Assembly (NCBI GenBank): GCA_035474375.1
Contig: DATINJ010000382.1
Span: forward strand, 2,068-66,067
Origin: Kineosporiaceae bacterium
Lineage (GTDB): Bacteria; Actinomycetota; Actinomycetes; Actinomycetales; Kineosporiaceae
Direction: 5' to 3'
Length of the DNA stretch: 64,000 nt
Part shown: one piece after another, positions 32,874 to 43,101 of the stretch
How the letters are laid out: every line of letters begins with the position of its first letter
Numbering within the stretch: position 1 is the first letter of the stretch
The notes under the pieces: model-generated
Seen by the model: only the letters and a program-made list of their open reading frames with translations
What the model was told of the DNA's origin: nothing
Database searches by the model: none
Translations under genes and position numbers: made by a program

Positions 32874-34033
32874 TTCATCGGCGAGTGAACCCGAATTTCG
32901 CCCAGCGAGCTGCCATCCGGGCAACCGGATTGACCTCCGTGGGGCAGGCTGCGTCCGTCGTCCGGCTCGCCGTCCCCGGCACCGCCCGAGCCGGGTCAGG
33001 AGGCCGCTGGGGGCTCGTCCTCGGCGGCGGTGGGGTGCTCGGCGCGGCCTGGTTGGTCGGAGCTCTGGAAGCGCTGGAGCGCTCGCGTGGCATTGATGTT
33101 CGGCAGGCCGAGGTGATCCTCGGGACCTCCGCCGGATCGGTGATCGGTGCCCTGCTCGCGACCGGTGTCTCGGTGGCCGACCTACGGGCCCAGCAGCTGG
33201 GCGAGCAGGATCCGACCGCCGAGCTGACCGCTCGGCTGGCCGGGGTGGCTTTCGACCCGGAACAACCAGCTGGCTCGGCGCTCCCGCCGCGCCCTCGGTT
33301 GCGACCGGGAAGCACCGCTCTGCTGCGAAACAACCGTGGATCGCTGCGGGAGATCCCACGCTCCACCCTGCTGGCCGGGCTGGCACCGGCCGGTCGAGGC
33401 AAGATGGTGGGCGTTGCCCGGTTGATCGAGGCGTTCGCGCCGGTCGGTGAATGGGCGCCGCATCCCGGCTACCGTGCGGTGGCCCTGGACTACGAAACCG
33501 GCCGCCGGGTGGTCTTCGGCGCCGACCAGGCGCCACCCGCGGGCCTGTCTGCCGCCGTCCTGGCCTCCTGCGCCATCCCCGGCTGGTTCGAACCGGTGAC
33601 GATCGGTGGACGGCGGTACGTCGACGGCGGGATGTGGTCGGCCAACAACGTCGACCTGCTCGCGGACTCCGGCCTCGACGAGATCTTCGTTCTCGCACCG
33701 ATGGCCTCCGCGGCCTACGATGCTCCGGGGGACTGGCGGGCACGGGTGGAGCGACGGCTCCGGGTGGCCAGTACCCGCCGTTGCCTGGCAGAAGCCCGCA
33801 TGGTGCAGCTGAAGGGCACGGCCGTGACCGTTCTCGGCCCTGGTCCGGAGGATCTGCAGTTGATGGGTTACAACTTGATGGCTCCAGAACGTCGGCGGGT
33901 GGTGCTGGAAAGCGCGGTCCGGACCGGCCTGGTGGCCTTCGCCGACCCGCCGATCGTTGAGCCGTCGGCTGAACTCCCCGCCGAGCCATTGCTCGCCTTC
34001 GATCTCGACGTGAACCGGAGTGAACACGGATGA
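32870..34033 (+). CDS. Patatin-like phospholipase
   Basis: ATGA overlap with WS/DGAT and a GGAGG RBS. Oxyanion GGGGVLG, nucleophile GTSAGS and a DGG motif. Confidence 0.85.
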   Translation: MIHRRVNPNFAQRAAIRATGLTSVGQAASVVRLAVPGTARAGSGGRWGLVLGGGGVLGAAWLVGALEALERSRGIDVRQAEVILGTSAGSVIGALLATGVSVADLRAQQLGEQDPTAELTARLAGVAFDPEQPAGSALPPRPRLRPGSTALLRNNRGSLREIPRSTLLAGLAPAGRGKMVGVARLIEAFAPVGEWAPHPGYRAVALDYETGRRVVFGADQAPPAGLSAAVLASCAIPGWFEPVTIGGRRYVDGGMWSANNVDLLADSGLDEIFVLAPMASAAYDAPGDWRARVERRLRVASTRRCLAEARMVQLKGTAVTVLGPGPEDLQLMGYNLMAPERRRVVLESAVRTGLVAFADPPIVEPSAELPAEPLLAFDLDVNRSEHG

Positions 34034-34548
34034 CCCGGGTCTACGTCCCCACCACCCTGGTGGGACTGGCACGAGCGCAGAAGCTAGGCACCTTGAACGA
34101 CCTTGACGATTCGGTAAACGCCGCAGATCCTCGAGTACCGGCCCACGCGGTGACCGGAGCCGTCCGCGAGTGGTACGTCGAGGGCAACCTCGAAGAGCTG
34201 GAGTACTCCGCCCTGATCGATGCGGCCGAGTCGTCGCTGCGGCTGCTCGCCCTCGAACCGCTCGCCCCCCGGCGTCGGGTCGTCGTCGCGGTCGACGTCC
34301 CGGAAGCCCTGGTTCTGCCCGGCGGCCAGGCTCGCTCGTCCGTCTGGATTGCCGGTTCGATCGAGCTGTCTCGGGTGGTCAGCGTGCACGTCGACGAGGT
34401 GGAGTCGGAAACCACGATCGTCGCCGCGGTCGACGCGCTCGCCGCAGCCGCCGACGGTGACGACGACGCCCGCTTCCAACTCGACGAGGCGGAAGCCTGC
34501 GATCTGCTCTGGTACGACATCAGCGAGATCGACGACCTGATCGGCTGA
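34030..34548 (+). CDS. Conserved acidic hypothetical protein
   Basis: ATGA overlap with the patatin gene. 172 aa with high GC3. Confidence 0.6.
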   Translation: MTRVYVPTTLVGLARAQKLGTLNDLDDSVNAADPRVPAHAVTGAVREWYVEGNLEELEYSALIDAAESSLRLLALEPLAPRRRVVVAVDVPEALVLPGGQARSSVWIAGSIELSRVVSVHVDEVESETTIVAAVDALAAAADGDDDARFQLDEAEACDLLWYDISEIDDLIG

Positions 34549-34557
34549 TCTTCGAGC

Positions 34558-35406
34558 TCACCAGCTACTGAGGACCTGCTGGACCGCCGTGATGACCGCC
34601 TCGGGTGCCTCCCGCCGGGGCGAATGCCCGGCGTCCAGAGCGAGCACCTGAGCGCCTCCAGGGCAGGCCGCCACGCATCGGCGGGCACCGGCTCGAGAAA
34701 CGATCCCGCCGCGGGCCGGCTCGCCACGGATGATCAGTACCGGGCACCGCACCTCGGACAGCAAGGCCGGCAACGGCTCGCCCCAGTCCGTCGTCCGATC
34801 CAGATGCTCCAGGTCGACGGCTGCCTTGCTGCGCGCCCAGGGCTCCAGTTCGGCCTCCGGCCAGTCCGGATGGTTGGCCCGAACCCAGGCCACCCGGGAG
34901 GCGTGGTCACCGGACCGCAGGCCTCGGATCCAGGCCCGCATCTGCGCGCTGGAGTCGGCCCGCCGTAACGTGGTCCGGGCCGGGTCCTCCAGAATCAGGC
35001 CGCGGATCAGGTCCGGCCGGGCTGCGGCCAACCGCGCTGCGGTCAGCGCGCCCATCGAATGCCCGTAGGCGACCGCAGTGCGGTGCTCTCGACCGGCCAG
35101 CCGGGGCTGCCCGAGAGCGTCCAGGACGGCGATCGCGGAGGTTGCATGGTCGGCGATCACGTACGTCCCGGCCCGAAGCGGGGTACCGCCGTGCGCCGGA
35201 GCATCCGGTGCCACCACCGTCCAGCGCCGCTCCAGGGCCGTGACCAGCGGCGCGAACACCTCCGACGAATCGGTCCAGCCGTGAAAGGCCAAAAGCGAGG
35301 GAGCGCCGGGCCGATCGATCTCGGCCGGCCAGACCCGGATCTGCACCGGGCCGTCCGGGGCCCGCAGACGGACCGTTCTGGAGCCGGTTACCGTTCCGCC
35401 AGCCAC
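34558..35406 (-). CDS. Alpha/beta hydrolase
   Basis: HGW oxyanion region and nucleophile elbow GHSMGA. 282 aa. Confidence 0.85.
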   Translation of the reverse strand: MAGGTVTGSRTVRLRAPDGPVQIRVWPAEIDRPGAPSLLAFHGWTDSSEVFAPLVTALERRWTVVAPDAPAHGGTPLRAGTYVIADHATSAIAVLDALGQPRLAGREHRTAVAYGHSMGALTAARLAAARPDLIRGLILEDPARTTLRRADSSAQMRAWIRGLRSGDHASRVAWVRANHPDWPEAELEPWARSKAAVDLEHLDRTTDWGEPLPALLSEVRCPVLIIRGEPARGGIVSRAGARRCVAACPGGAQVLALDAGHSPRREAPEAVITAVQQVLSSW

Positions 35407-35915
35407 GCCTTACCGATCCGTTCTTCCGCGGTGATCGCGGCACGCACGGCGGGTTCGGCGCTGCGCTCGATCTTGCCACCGATCAGTGGCACCCGGGCTT
35501 TCAGTTCGCCGTCCACAAGTTCGACGGTACCGGCGCCGGAAGCCGACAGCGAGAGCGTCGCGTTCATCCGAATCGGCGCCCCGCTCAGCTCCACCACCAG
35601 GGTGCCGGTGCGCGCCCCATCGGCCTGGGCGGGTCCCCAGGTCTCGGTCTGGGTGATGTTGATCTGCGCTCCGACCAGCGCACGGAAGGCATCTGGGACC
35701 TGGTCGGTGGGCAATGCCCGGCGGCTGGTGATGATCGCGCCGCCGCCGTCCGTACTGATCTCCACTTCCCACGAAAGCGCACCAGTCTGGCCGAGTTTGC
35801 GATCTTGGAAGGCCTTGTCGGTGAGCATCGCGAAGACGTCCCCCGGTTCGGCGGCGTAGTGAATCTCGGCTGTCAGGCGCACGCGTGACTCCTCTCGGTG
35901 AGCGAAGGCGATCAT
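35388..35915 (-). CDS. SRPBCC-fold, DUF2505-like protein
   Basis: 175 aa. The pattern ...VPLIGGKIE...WL near the C-terminus is typical of the family. The start is uncertain. Confidence 0.6.
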   Translation of the reverse strand: MIAFAHREESRVRLTAEIHYAAEPGDVFAMLTDKAFQDRKLGQTGALSWEVEISTDGGGAIITSRRALPTDQVPDAFRALVGAQINITQTETWGPAQADGARTGTLVVELSGAPIRMNATLSLSASGAGTVELVDGELKARVPLIGGKIERSAEPAVRAAITAEERIGKAWLAER

Positions 35916-36060
35916 TAAGTTCGGCAGGATGGCAGTCAGAACGCGTTACCGGCTGGTCACACCCGCTGGCAAGAGTATGGTCGCCAGCCAGGTGCGCATT
36001 CCCCGCGCACCGTGGTCTCAGAGTTTCGGTGGGTGTGACGTGGTGTCCGGTAGGGCTTTA

Positions 36061-39000
36061 ATGCTGCCGACGACCGAAGGTGATCGACAGGCGCTGTTGA
36101 GTCGGACAGCGGCGATCGCACAGCGAGATGCCAACGCACCGCCGGACCCCTTCGGGTTCCTGGATCGGTACTTCCAGAACGTGGCCATGGAAGACCTGGC
36201 CGAGCGGCGTCCCGAGGATCTGGTCGGGCTGGCGCTCTCGCACCGGGCGGCCGCGGCCTCCCGGCCGCAGGGCACGGCCGTGGTCCGGGTGTTCACCCCG
36301 ACCGAGGAGAGCGTGGGCTGGTCGACCGGTCACACCGTGATCGAGATCGTCGCCGCCGACGTCCCATTCCTGGTCGACTCGGTGAACGGTGAACTCGCTC
36401 GGCTGGATTGCCAGATCCACCTGGTGATCCACCCGCAGTTCGTGGTCCGCCGGACCGTCACCGGCGAGATGATCGAGATTCTCGATCTTCCGCCGAGGGC
36501 CGGCAGCCACCCGGCGCTGCCCCGCGACGCCGCCCTGGAATCCTGGATCCACGTCGAGATCGACCGGGAGAGCGACCCGGCTCGGCTCACCACCTTGGAG
36601 CACTCGCTCCGCCAGGTCCTGGAGGACGTCCGGGTCACGGTCGAGGACTGGCCGAAGATGCGTGCCGCCGCCGAGCGGATCGCCGGCGATCTGCGCCGTC
36701 AGCCGCCGCTCGGGCTCGACCCGGAGGAAGTCGCCGAGGGCGCCGAACTTCTGGAGTGGCTGGCCGACGGTCACTTCACCTTCCTCGGGTTGCGCGAGTA
36801 CGTGTTGACCGAGCGTGACGGCGAAGAGGTACTCCTCGGCCGCAACGGCACCGGGCTGGGCATCCTGCGGCACGACCAGCGGGCCGAGTCCAGCAGCTTC
36901 GGTCGGCTGACCGTGCAGGCTCGGGCGAAGGCCCGGGAGCACCGCTTGCTGGTGCTGACCAAGGCCAACTCCCGGGCGACCGTCCACCGGACCGGGTACC
37001 TGGACTACGTCGGGGTGAAGACCTTCGATGCCAGCGGTGAGGTGACCGGCGAGCGCAGGTTCCTCGGGCTGTTCGCGTCTTCGGCCTACACCGGCAGCGT
37101 GCTGGACATCCCGGTGGTCCGCCGGAAGGTCGCCGCCGTCCTCGATCGCGGCGGGTTCTCCCCGGACAGCCATTCCGGTAAGGACCTCCTGCAGATCCTG
37201 CAGACGTATCCACGCGATGAACTCTTCGAGATCGACGTCGACGATCTCTACACGATCGCCGTTGCCGTGATGCAGTTGCAGGAACGTCGCCGCACCCGGT
37301 TGTTCCTGCGCGTCGACGACTTCGGCCGCTACGTCTCGTGCCTGGTGTTCCTGCCTCGAGAGCGGTACATCACCAAGGCCCGGTTGCAGATCGAGCAGAT
37401 CCTGCGCGAAGCGATCGGTGGCACCACCGTCGACTACACCGCCCGGGTCTCGGAGTCCGTCCTGGCCCGGTTGCATTTCGTGATCCGGGTTCCGCCCGGG
37501 GCCGGAGTTCCGGAGCTGGACGCGGCGGCCCTGGAGGCCGCACTGGTTGCGGCCACCCGGAGTTGGGACGACGACTTCGCCGCTGCGGCGACCGATGTGC
37601 TGGGCGAAGGTCCGGCCAGCAAACTGGTGCGGGAATGGGGTTCGGGGTTCCCGGAGTCGTACCGAGAGGACGTCGAACCCCGGTCCGCGGTGGACGATCT
37701 CTGCCGGTTGACCGCGATGCAGCGGAGCACCGGCCGGTCTGGTGCGCTGGCGATGAAGCTGCACGAAGGGGAGAGCAGCGCGCCGGACGAAAGCCGGTTC
37801 GTGCTCTACCGGCGCGAGCCGCTCTCGCTGTCCGCCGTGCTGCCGTTCCTCGCCAATCTCGGGGTTGAGGTGGTGGACGAGCGTCCTTACCTGCTGCATT
37901 CGGCGAGCGGCACCGAGGCGCACGTCTACGACTTCGGGATCCGCCGGGATGCGGGAGCCGGTCGCGGGTCCGCTCCGAAGGCACTAGAGCACCCGGAGAC
38001 CATGCACCGGCTGTTCACCGAGGCGTTCGAGGCGGCCTGGTGGGGGGACGCCGAGAGCGACGGCTTCGACCGGTTGGTGCTCAGTGCCGGACTGGACTGG
38101 CGGCAGGTCTCGGTGCTGCGCGGATACGCCCGCTACCTGCGCCAGGCCGGGTCCACGTTCGGCCAGGACTACCTGGAGAACTGCCTGGTCACGTACGCGG
38201 AGATCGCGGCCTTCCTGGTCGAACTGTTCGAAACCCGGTTCGACCCGGACCGGTTCGGTGGTCCGGGCGAGGGCGCTCCAAGTTCGGTTGCCCCGACTGC
38301 GGATGGTCGAGGGCAGGCCCGTCCGAACGGACGCGCGGAGGCCGCCGACGCGCTGGTCGCCAAGATCAGGTCGGCGCTGGACGGCGTGGTCAGCCTTGAT
38401 CACGATCGGATCCTGAGGTCCTTCCTCGGCCTGATCCTGGCCACCATGCGGACCAACTTCTACGTCGATACCCGCCCGGGTGACGGCGAGAAGAGCGACC
38501 GGGTGGCACTGGCCCTGAAACTCGATCCGCATGCCTTGCCCGACCTGCCGGCGCCGCGCCCAGCGCACGAGGTCTTCGTCTATTCGCCCTGGATGGAAGG
38601 GGTGCACCTGCGGTTCGGTGCGGTCGCCCGGGGTGGCCTGCGCTGGAGTGACCGGCGCGAGGACTTCCGCACCGAGGTGCTCGGGCTGGTCAAGGCCCAG
38701 ATGACGAAGAACGCGGTGATCGTGCCGACCGGCGCCAAGGGTGGCTTCGTCGCCAAGCAGTTGCCTGACCCGGGCCTCGACCGGGACGCCTGGCTGGCCG
38801 AGGGAGTGGCCTGCTACCGCAGCTTCATCAGCGCGTTGCTGGACGTCACCGACAACCGGGTCACGCTGCCGGGCGGTGACCAGGTGGTCGTGCCGCCGGC
38901 CCGCGTGGTGCGGCACGACGGCGACGACAGCTACCTGGTGGTGGCCGCGGACAAGGGCACCGCGGCGTTCTCCGACCTGGCGAACGAGGTGGCGATCGGC

Positions 39001-41049
39001 TACGGGTTCTGGCTCGGCGACGCCTTCGCCTCCGGTGGATCGGTGGGGTACGACCACAAGGTGATGGGGATCACGGCCCGCGGTGCCTGGGAGAGCGTGG
39101 ATCGACATTTCCGCGAACTGGGCCAGGACGTGCAGACCACGCCGACCTCCGTGGTCGGGATCGGTGACATGAGCGGTGACGTCTTCGGCAACGGCATGCT
39201 GCTGTCGAAATCCCTGCTCCTGGTGGGTGCTTTCGACCACCGCCACATCTTCCTCGACCCGAATCCGGACCCGCGGCTCTCGCATGCCGAGCGAGCCAGG
39301 CTGTTCGACTTGCCGCGTTCCAGTTGGGCCGACTACGACCGGGCGCTGATCAGCGCCGGTGGCGGTGTGTATGCCCGATCGGCGAAGTCGGTGCCGGTGT
39401 CTGCGCAGGTCAGGGACCGGCTTGGACTGCCCCCGTCGACGACCGTGCTGACCCCCGCGGAACTGATCCGGGCGATCCTTGCGGCCCCCGTCGATCTGCT
39501 TTGGAACGGCGGGATCGGCACCTACGTCAAGGCGTCCACCCAGTCGCACGCCGAGGTGGGAGACAAGGCCAACGATGCGATCCGGCTCGACGGTCGCCAG
39601 TTGCGCGCCCGGGTGATCGGCGAAGGTGGCAACCTCGGGTTGACGCAACCGGGCCGGGTGGAAGCCGCACTGTGCGGGATCCGGGTGAACACCGACGCGA
39701 TCGACAACTCGGCCGGGGTGGACTGCTCCGACCATGAGGTCAATATCAAGATCATGCTGGATCGGATCGTCGCGGCCGGCGGGCTGGCGGTGGACCAGCG
39801 CAACGAACTGCTCGCCTCGATGACCGACGACGTGGCCCGGCTGGTGCTGCGGGACAACTATGAGCAGAACGTGCTGCTCGGCAACGCCCGGGTGCAGTCC
39901 AGGACGATGCTGAAGGTGCACCAGCGGTTCATCCAGGCGCTGGAGGCCCGCGGGGCCCTGGACCGGGATCTGGAGTACCTGCCGGACGATGCGGGCCTGG
40001 CGGGCCGCGCTGACGCCGGGCTGGGGCTCACCTCGCCGGAGTTCGCGGTGCTCGTCGCCTACGCCAAGCTCACGCTGACCGACGACATCGGCGCGACGTC
40101 GCTGCCGGACGACCCGTGGCTGGACCGGGTGCTGCAGGCCTACTTCCCGCCGCAGCTCACCCGCTACGCCGACCAATTGGCGGCACACCCGCTACGCCGC
40201 CAGATCGTCACCACCTGCCTGGTGAACGACATGGTGAACCGGGGCGGGATCACCTTCGCGTTCCGGGCTCAGGAAGAGACCTCGGCCGACCCGGAACAGG
40301 TGGCCCGGGCGTACATCGTCTGCCGGGAGATCTTCGACTTCAACGGGTACAGCGAGGCGATCGAAGCCCTGGACGGCGTGGTGACGACCGCCGACTCCGC
40401 TGCCATGTATCTGAGCTTCCGTCGGCTGCTCGATCGCGCCGTCCGGTGGTTCCTGCAGGCCCGGCCGGGGACGATCGACATCGCCGGTGAAATCGAACGG
40501 TTCAGCCCGGTGATCGCCGAGCTGGCTCCGCAGCTGCCCGAGCTGGTCGTCGGTGAGCAGCGCGCGGTGATGGCCAACGAGATCACCCGGCTGCAGTCGT
40601 TGGGTGTACCCGAGACGCTGGCCCGGATGGCAGCCGGGCTGCTCACCCGCTACATGCTGCTGGACATCGCCGACATCGCCCGGAACACCGGCACCCCGCC
40701 GGGCCCGGTGGCCCGGGTGTATCTGTATCTGGCCGAGCGTTACGGGGTGATCGAGCTGCTGTGGCGGATCTCCGCGCTTTCTCGGGGAGATCAGTGGAAG
40801 TCGCTGGCCCGGGCCTCGCTGCGCTACGACCTGTACGCGGCGCTGGAGGCGCTCACCGTCGCGGTGCTGGAGAGCACCGCCGAGGCGGACGCTCAGACCC
40901 GGGTCGCACAGTTCGAGCAGGCGAACGCCGAGCGAGTGGCCAGAGCGCGGGCCACGATGGAAGAGGTCTGCCGGTTGCCCCAAGCCGACATCGCCGCGCT
41001 CTCGGTGGTGTTGCGCGCGTTGCGGAGCATCGTGCGGTCCGGGACCTGA
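36061..41049 (+). CDS. gdh: Large NAD-specific glutamate dehydrogenase (about 180 kDa class)
   Basis: About 1660 aa from the ATG at 36061 (GTG at 36040 or 36043 is also possible). Catalytic core region KGGxR...GPDxGT-type motifs, with GIGDMSGDVFGNGML present. Confidence 0.92.
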   Translation: MLPTTEGDRQALLSRTAAIAQRDANAPPDPFGFLDRYFQNVAMEDLAERRPEDLVGLALSHRAAAASRPQGTAVVRVFTPTEESVGWSTGHTVIEIVAADVPFLVDSVNGELARLDCQIHLVIHPQFVVRRTVTGEMIEILDLPPRAGSHPALPRDAALESWIHVEIDRESDPARLTTLEHSLRQVLEDVRVTVEDWPKMRAAAERIAGDLRRQPPLGLDPEEVAEGAELLEWLADGHFTFLGLREYVLTERDGEEVLLGRNGTGLGILRHDQRAESSSFGRLTVQARAKAREHRLLVLTKANSRATVHRTGYLDYVGVKTFDASGEVTGERRFLGLFASSAYTGSVLDIPVVRRKVAAVLDRGGFSPDSHSGKDLLQILQTYPRDELFEIDVDDLYTIAVAVMQLQERRRTRLFLRVDDFGRYVSCLVFLPRERYITKARLQIEQILREAIGGTTVDYTARVSESVLARLHFVIRVPPGAGVPELDAAALEAALVAATRSWDDDFAAAATDVLGEGPASKLVREWGSGFPESYREDVEPRSAVDDLCRLTAMQRSTGRSGALAMKLHEGESSAPDESRFVLYRREPLSLSAVLPFLANLGVEVVDERPYLLHSASGTEAHVYDFGIRRDAGAGRGSAPKALEHPETMHRLFTEAFEAAWWGDAESDGFDRLVLSAGLDWRQVSVLRGYARYLRQAGSTFGQDYLENCLVTYAEIAAFLVELFETRFDPDRFGGPGEGAPSSVAPTADGRGQARPNGRAEAADALVAKIRSALDGVVSLDHDRILRSFLGLILATMRTNFYVDTRPGDGEKSDRVALALKLDPHALPDLPAPRPAHEVFVYSPWMEGVHLRFGAVARGGLRWSDRREDFRTEVLGLVKAQMTKNAVIVPTGAKGGFVAKQLPDPGLDRDAWLAEGVACYRSFISALLDVTDNRVTLPGGDQVVVPPARVVRHDGDDSYLVVAADKGTAAFSDLANEVAIGYGFWLGDAFASGGSVGYDHKVMGITARGAWESVDRHFRELGQDVQTTPTSVVGIGDMSGDVFGNGMLLSKSLLLVGAFDHRHIFLDPNPDPRLSHAERARLFDLPRSSWADYDRALISAGGGVYARSAKSVPVSAQVRDRLGLPPSTTVLTPAELIRAILAAPVDLLWNGGIGTYVKASTQSHAEVGDKANDAIRLDGRQLRARVIGEGGNLGLTQPGRVEAALCGIRVNTDAIDNSAGVDCSDHEVNIKIMLDRIVAAGGLAVDQRNELLASMTDDVARLVLRDNYEQNVLLGNARVQSRTMLKVHQRFIQALEARGALDRDLEYLPDDAGLAGRADAGLGLTSPEFAVLVAYAKLTLTDDIGATSLPDDPWLDRVLQAYFPPQLTRYADQLAAHPLRRQIVTTCLVNDMVNRGGITFAFRAQEETSADPEQVARAYIVCREIFDFNGYSEAIEALDGVVTTADSAAMYLSFRRLLDRAVRWFLQARPGTIDIAGEIERFSPVIAELAPQLPELVVGEQRAVMANEITRLQSLGVPETLARMAAGLLTRYMLLDIADIARNTGTPPGPVARVYLYLAERYGVIELLWRISALSRGDQWKSLARASLRYDLYAALEALTVAVLESTAEADAQTRVAQFEQANAERVARARATMEEVCRLPQADIAALSVVLRALRSIVRSGT

Positions 41050-41112
41050 GGACGCGGCCCGGCGGGCCGGCGACCGGCCGAGAAGCTCCGGGCCGCACCT
41101 TAAGGTGAACCC

Positions 41113-42603
41113 ATGCCCACCATGAAAGACCTGGTCGCCCGGTACAGCGAGCTAGGTCAGGCCGACCTTGAGTGGCTGCACCTGCTGGTCGGTGACTGGC
41201 AGATGCTGTCCGACCTCTCGTTTGCGGACCTGGTGCTGTGGGTGCCCCGGGCCGGCGGCGAAGGCTGGGTGGCAGCCGCTCATTGCCGGCCGAGCACCGG
41301 GGTGACGGTCTACTACGACGACATCGTTGGGACGCTGGCGGACCGGGGCCGGCGTCCACTGCTGGATCGGGCCTTCGAACTGGTTCGGATCTGCCGGGAA
41401 CGTGACCCGGAATGGCATGACGACATCCCGGTCCGGGAAGAGACGGTGCCGGTGGTCCGCGCCGGGCAGCCGATCGCGGTGGTTGCCCGGCACACGAACC
41501 TGTCGTCCGCCCGCACCCCGAGCCGCCTGGAGCTCACCTACGTCCAGTGTGCCGACGAGCTGACCCGAATGATCTGTGCCGGCGATTTCCCGCTGGTCGG
41601 GGCACCCAGCGGGCCGCGACGGGGAGCTCCGCGAGTGGGCGACGGGTTGATCCGGATGGATCGCGAGGGCACGGTCAGCTACGCCAGCCCGAATGCCGTC
41701 TCCGCCCTGCACCGGCTCGGTCACTTCGGTGACATCGTTGACCACACGCTGTCGGAGATCATCACTCCGCTGCTCGACCAACCTGGCACCGTGGACGAGT
41801 CGCTCCCGTTGGTGCTCACCGGCCGGGCGCCCTGGCGCAGCCACATCGAGAGCCATGCCGCTGCGCTGTCGCTCCGGGCGATCCCGATCAAGATCGGTGG
41901 CGAGCGAACCGGAGCGCTGCTGCTGCTGCGGGAGATTTCCGAGCTACGCCGACGCGAGCGGGAGCTGCTCACCAAGGATGCGACGATCCGCGAAGTCCAT
42001 CACCGGGTCAAGAACAATCTGCAGACCGTGGCCGCCCTGCTCCGGCTGCAGGCGCGGCGGATCGGCTCGGATGAAGGCCGGGCGGCACTACAGGAAGCGA
42101 TGCGCCGGGTGGCGACGATCGCGCTGGTGCACGAGACGCTGTCCGAAGGGCTTGGCGAGACGGTCGACTTTGACGACGTCGTCGGCCGGACCCTGTCGCT
42201 CGCCGTCGAACTGGCGGTTCCGTCGGCCTCGGTGAAGATCCGCCGGGAGGGCCGCTTCGGTGAGCTACGGGCGGAGAATGCCACGCCGTTGGCGCTGGTT
42301 CTCACCGAGCTGGTGACGAACGCCGTCGAGCATGGTCTGCGGGACATCGGAGGCACCGTGACGGTGACCGCGAAGCGAAGCGGCACCGGCCTGCGGATCT
42401 CGATCCTGGACGACGGCATGGGGCTGCCGGAGGGGTTCAACGCGAGCGCGGCTGGACTCGGGACACAGATCGTCCAGGCCTTGGTCAGCGGAGAGATGCG
42501 GGGGCGAATCACCTGGGCCCAGGGGCCCGAAGGCGGGACCGAGGTGGTGGTTGAGGTCACGCTTCAGACGGCGGCGCTGGAAACGGCGGACGACGGAATC
42601 TGA
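41113..42603 (+). CDS. pdtaS: Soluble sensor histidine kinase PdtaS-like (GAF/PAS + HisKA_2 + HATPase)
   Basis: H-box HHRVKNNLQTVAALL and C-terminal HATPase_c. No TM segment. Neighbour of whiB1, as in Mycobacterium and Streptomyces. Confidence 0.85.
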   Translation: MPTMKDLVARYSELGQADLEWLHLLVGDWQMLSDLSFADLVLWVPRAGGEGWVAAAHCRPSTGVTVYYDDIVGTLADRGRRPLLDRAFELVRICRERDPEWHDDIPVREETVPVVRAGQPIAVVARHTNLSSARTPSRLELTYVQCADELTRMICAGDFPLVGAPSGPRRGAPRVGDGLIRMDREGTVSYASPNAVSALHRLGHFGDIVDHTLSEIITPLLDQPGTVDESLPLVLTGRAPWRSHIESHAAALSLRAIPIKIGGERTGALLLLREISELRRRERELLTKDATIREVHHRVKNNLQTVAALLRLQARRIGSDEGRAALQEAMRRVATIALVHETLSEGLGETVDFDDVVGRTLSLAVELAVPSASVKIRREGRFGELRAENATPLALVLTELVTNAVEHGLRDIGGTVTVTAKRSGTGLRISILDDGMGLPEGFNASAAGLGTQIVQALVSGEMRGRITWAQGPEGGTEVVVEVTLQTAALETADDGI

Positions 42604-42863
42604 ACGCGCGCGAGGCTCGCGAGACGATGACGAACGATGCCCCGACGCGTCGGAGGTGACGCATCGGGACATCGTTGATGTTTCCGTCAGGGTTAACGCT
42701 TTGGTGATCAGGTGCTTCACGATCGAGCAGGACGAGGCGAACCGGCAGATCGACAGGTTCAGCTGTCGTAGGCCGCTCGTACTGCTCCAATCGGGTGATC
42801 CCGGCCGCGCGGTATTACCAGCGAACAGGCAGTCGGGTGATGCGAGAGCGCAGGTGATCCGCA

Positions 42864-43035
42864 GCGGTGCGGGTGGAGCGGGGTTAGAGCAGAGGTGCGG
42901 GTACAGCAGCTGGTGAGGCGTACAGCGGGTGGTGCGGGTACAGGCCGAGCGGTGGTGCGGTACAGCAAGTGGTGCGGGTACAGCGGTGGTGCGGTACAGC
43001 AAGTGGTGCGGGTAAAGCGGTGGTGCGGGTTGGGC
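42864..43035 (+). repeat. About 9 degenerate copies of a 16-19 bp unit (GGTGGTGCGGGTACAGC)
   Basis: Read directly in the convergent spacer between pdtaS and whiB1. Confidence 0.85.
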
Positions 43036-43059
43036 AAGATCGTCGAGATTGCCACGGGC

Positions 43060-43084
43060 GGCCGACCCCGATTAGGGGTCGGCC
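43060..43084 (-). terminator. Perfect 10-bp hairpin 18 nt downstream of the whiB1 stop
   Basis: GGCCGACCCC-gatta-GGGGTCGGCC. Confidence 0.7.
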
Positions 43085-43101
43085 TTACTCAAGCGCTACG
43101 G

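Noticed and set aside
36058-40188. 621-aa and 734-aa minus-strand ORFs opposite the NAD-GDH gene
   Set aside because: They are antisense to a clearly identifiable 1660-aa gene, show no recognisable domains, and have a composition typical of GC-rich antisense frames.
42557-42790. 77-aa minus-strand ORF (and the 121-aa plus ORF 42551..42916) in the pdtaS-whiB1 spacer
   Set aside because: GC3 is only about 60%, far below real genes here. It overlaps the pdtaS 3-prime end and has no recognisable motif. The region is kept only as a possible ncRNA or decayed sequence.
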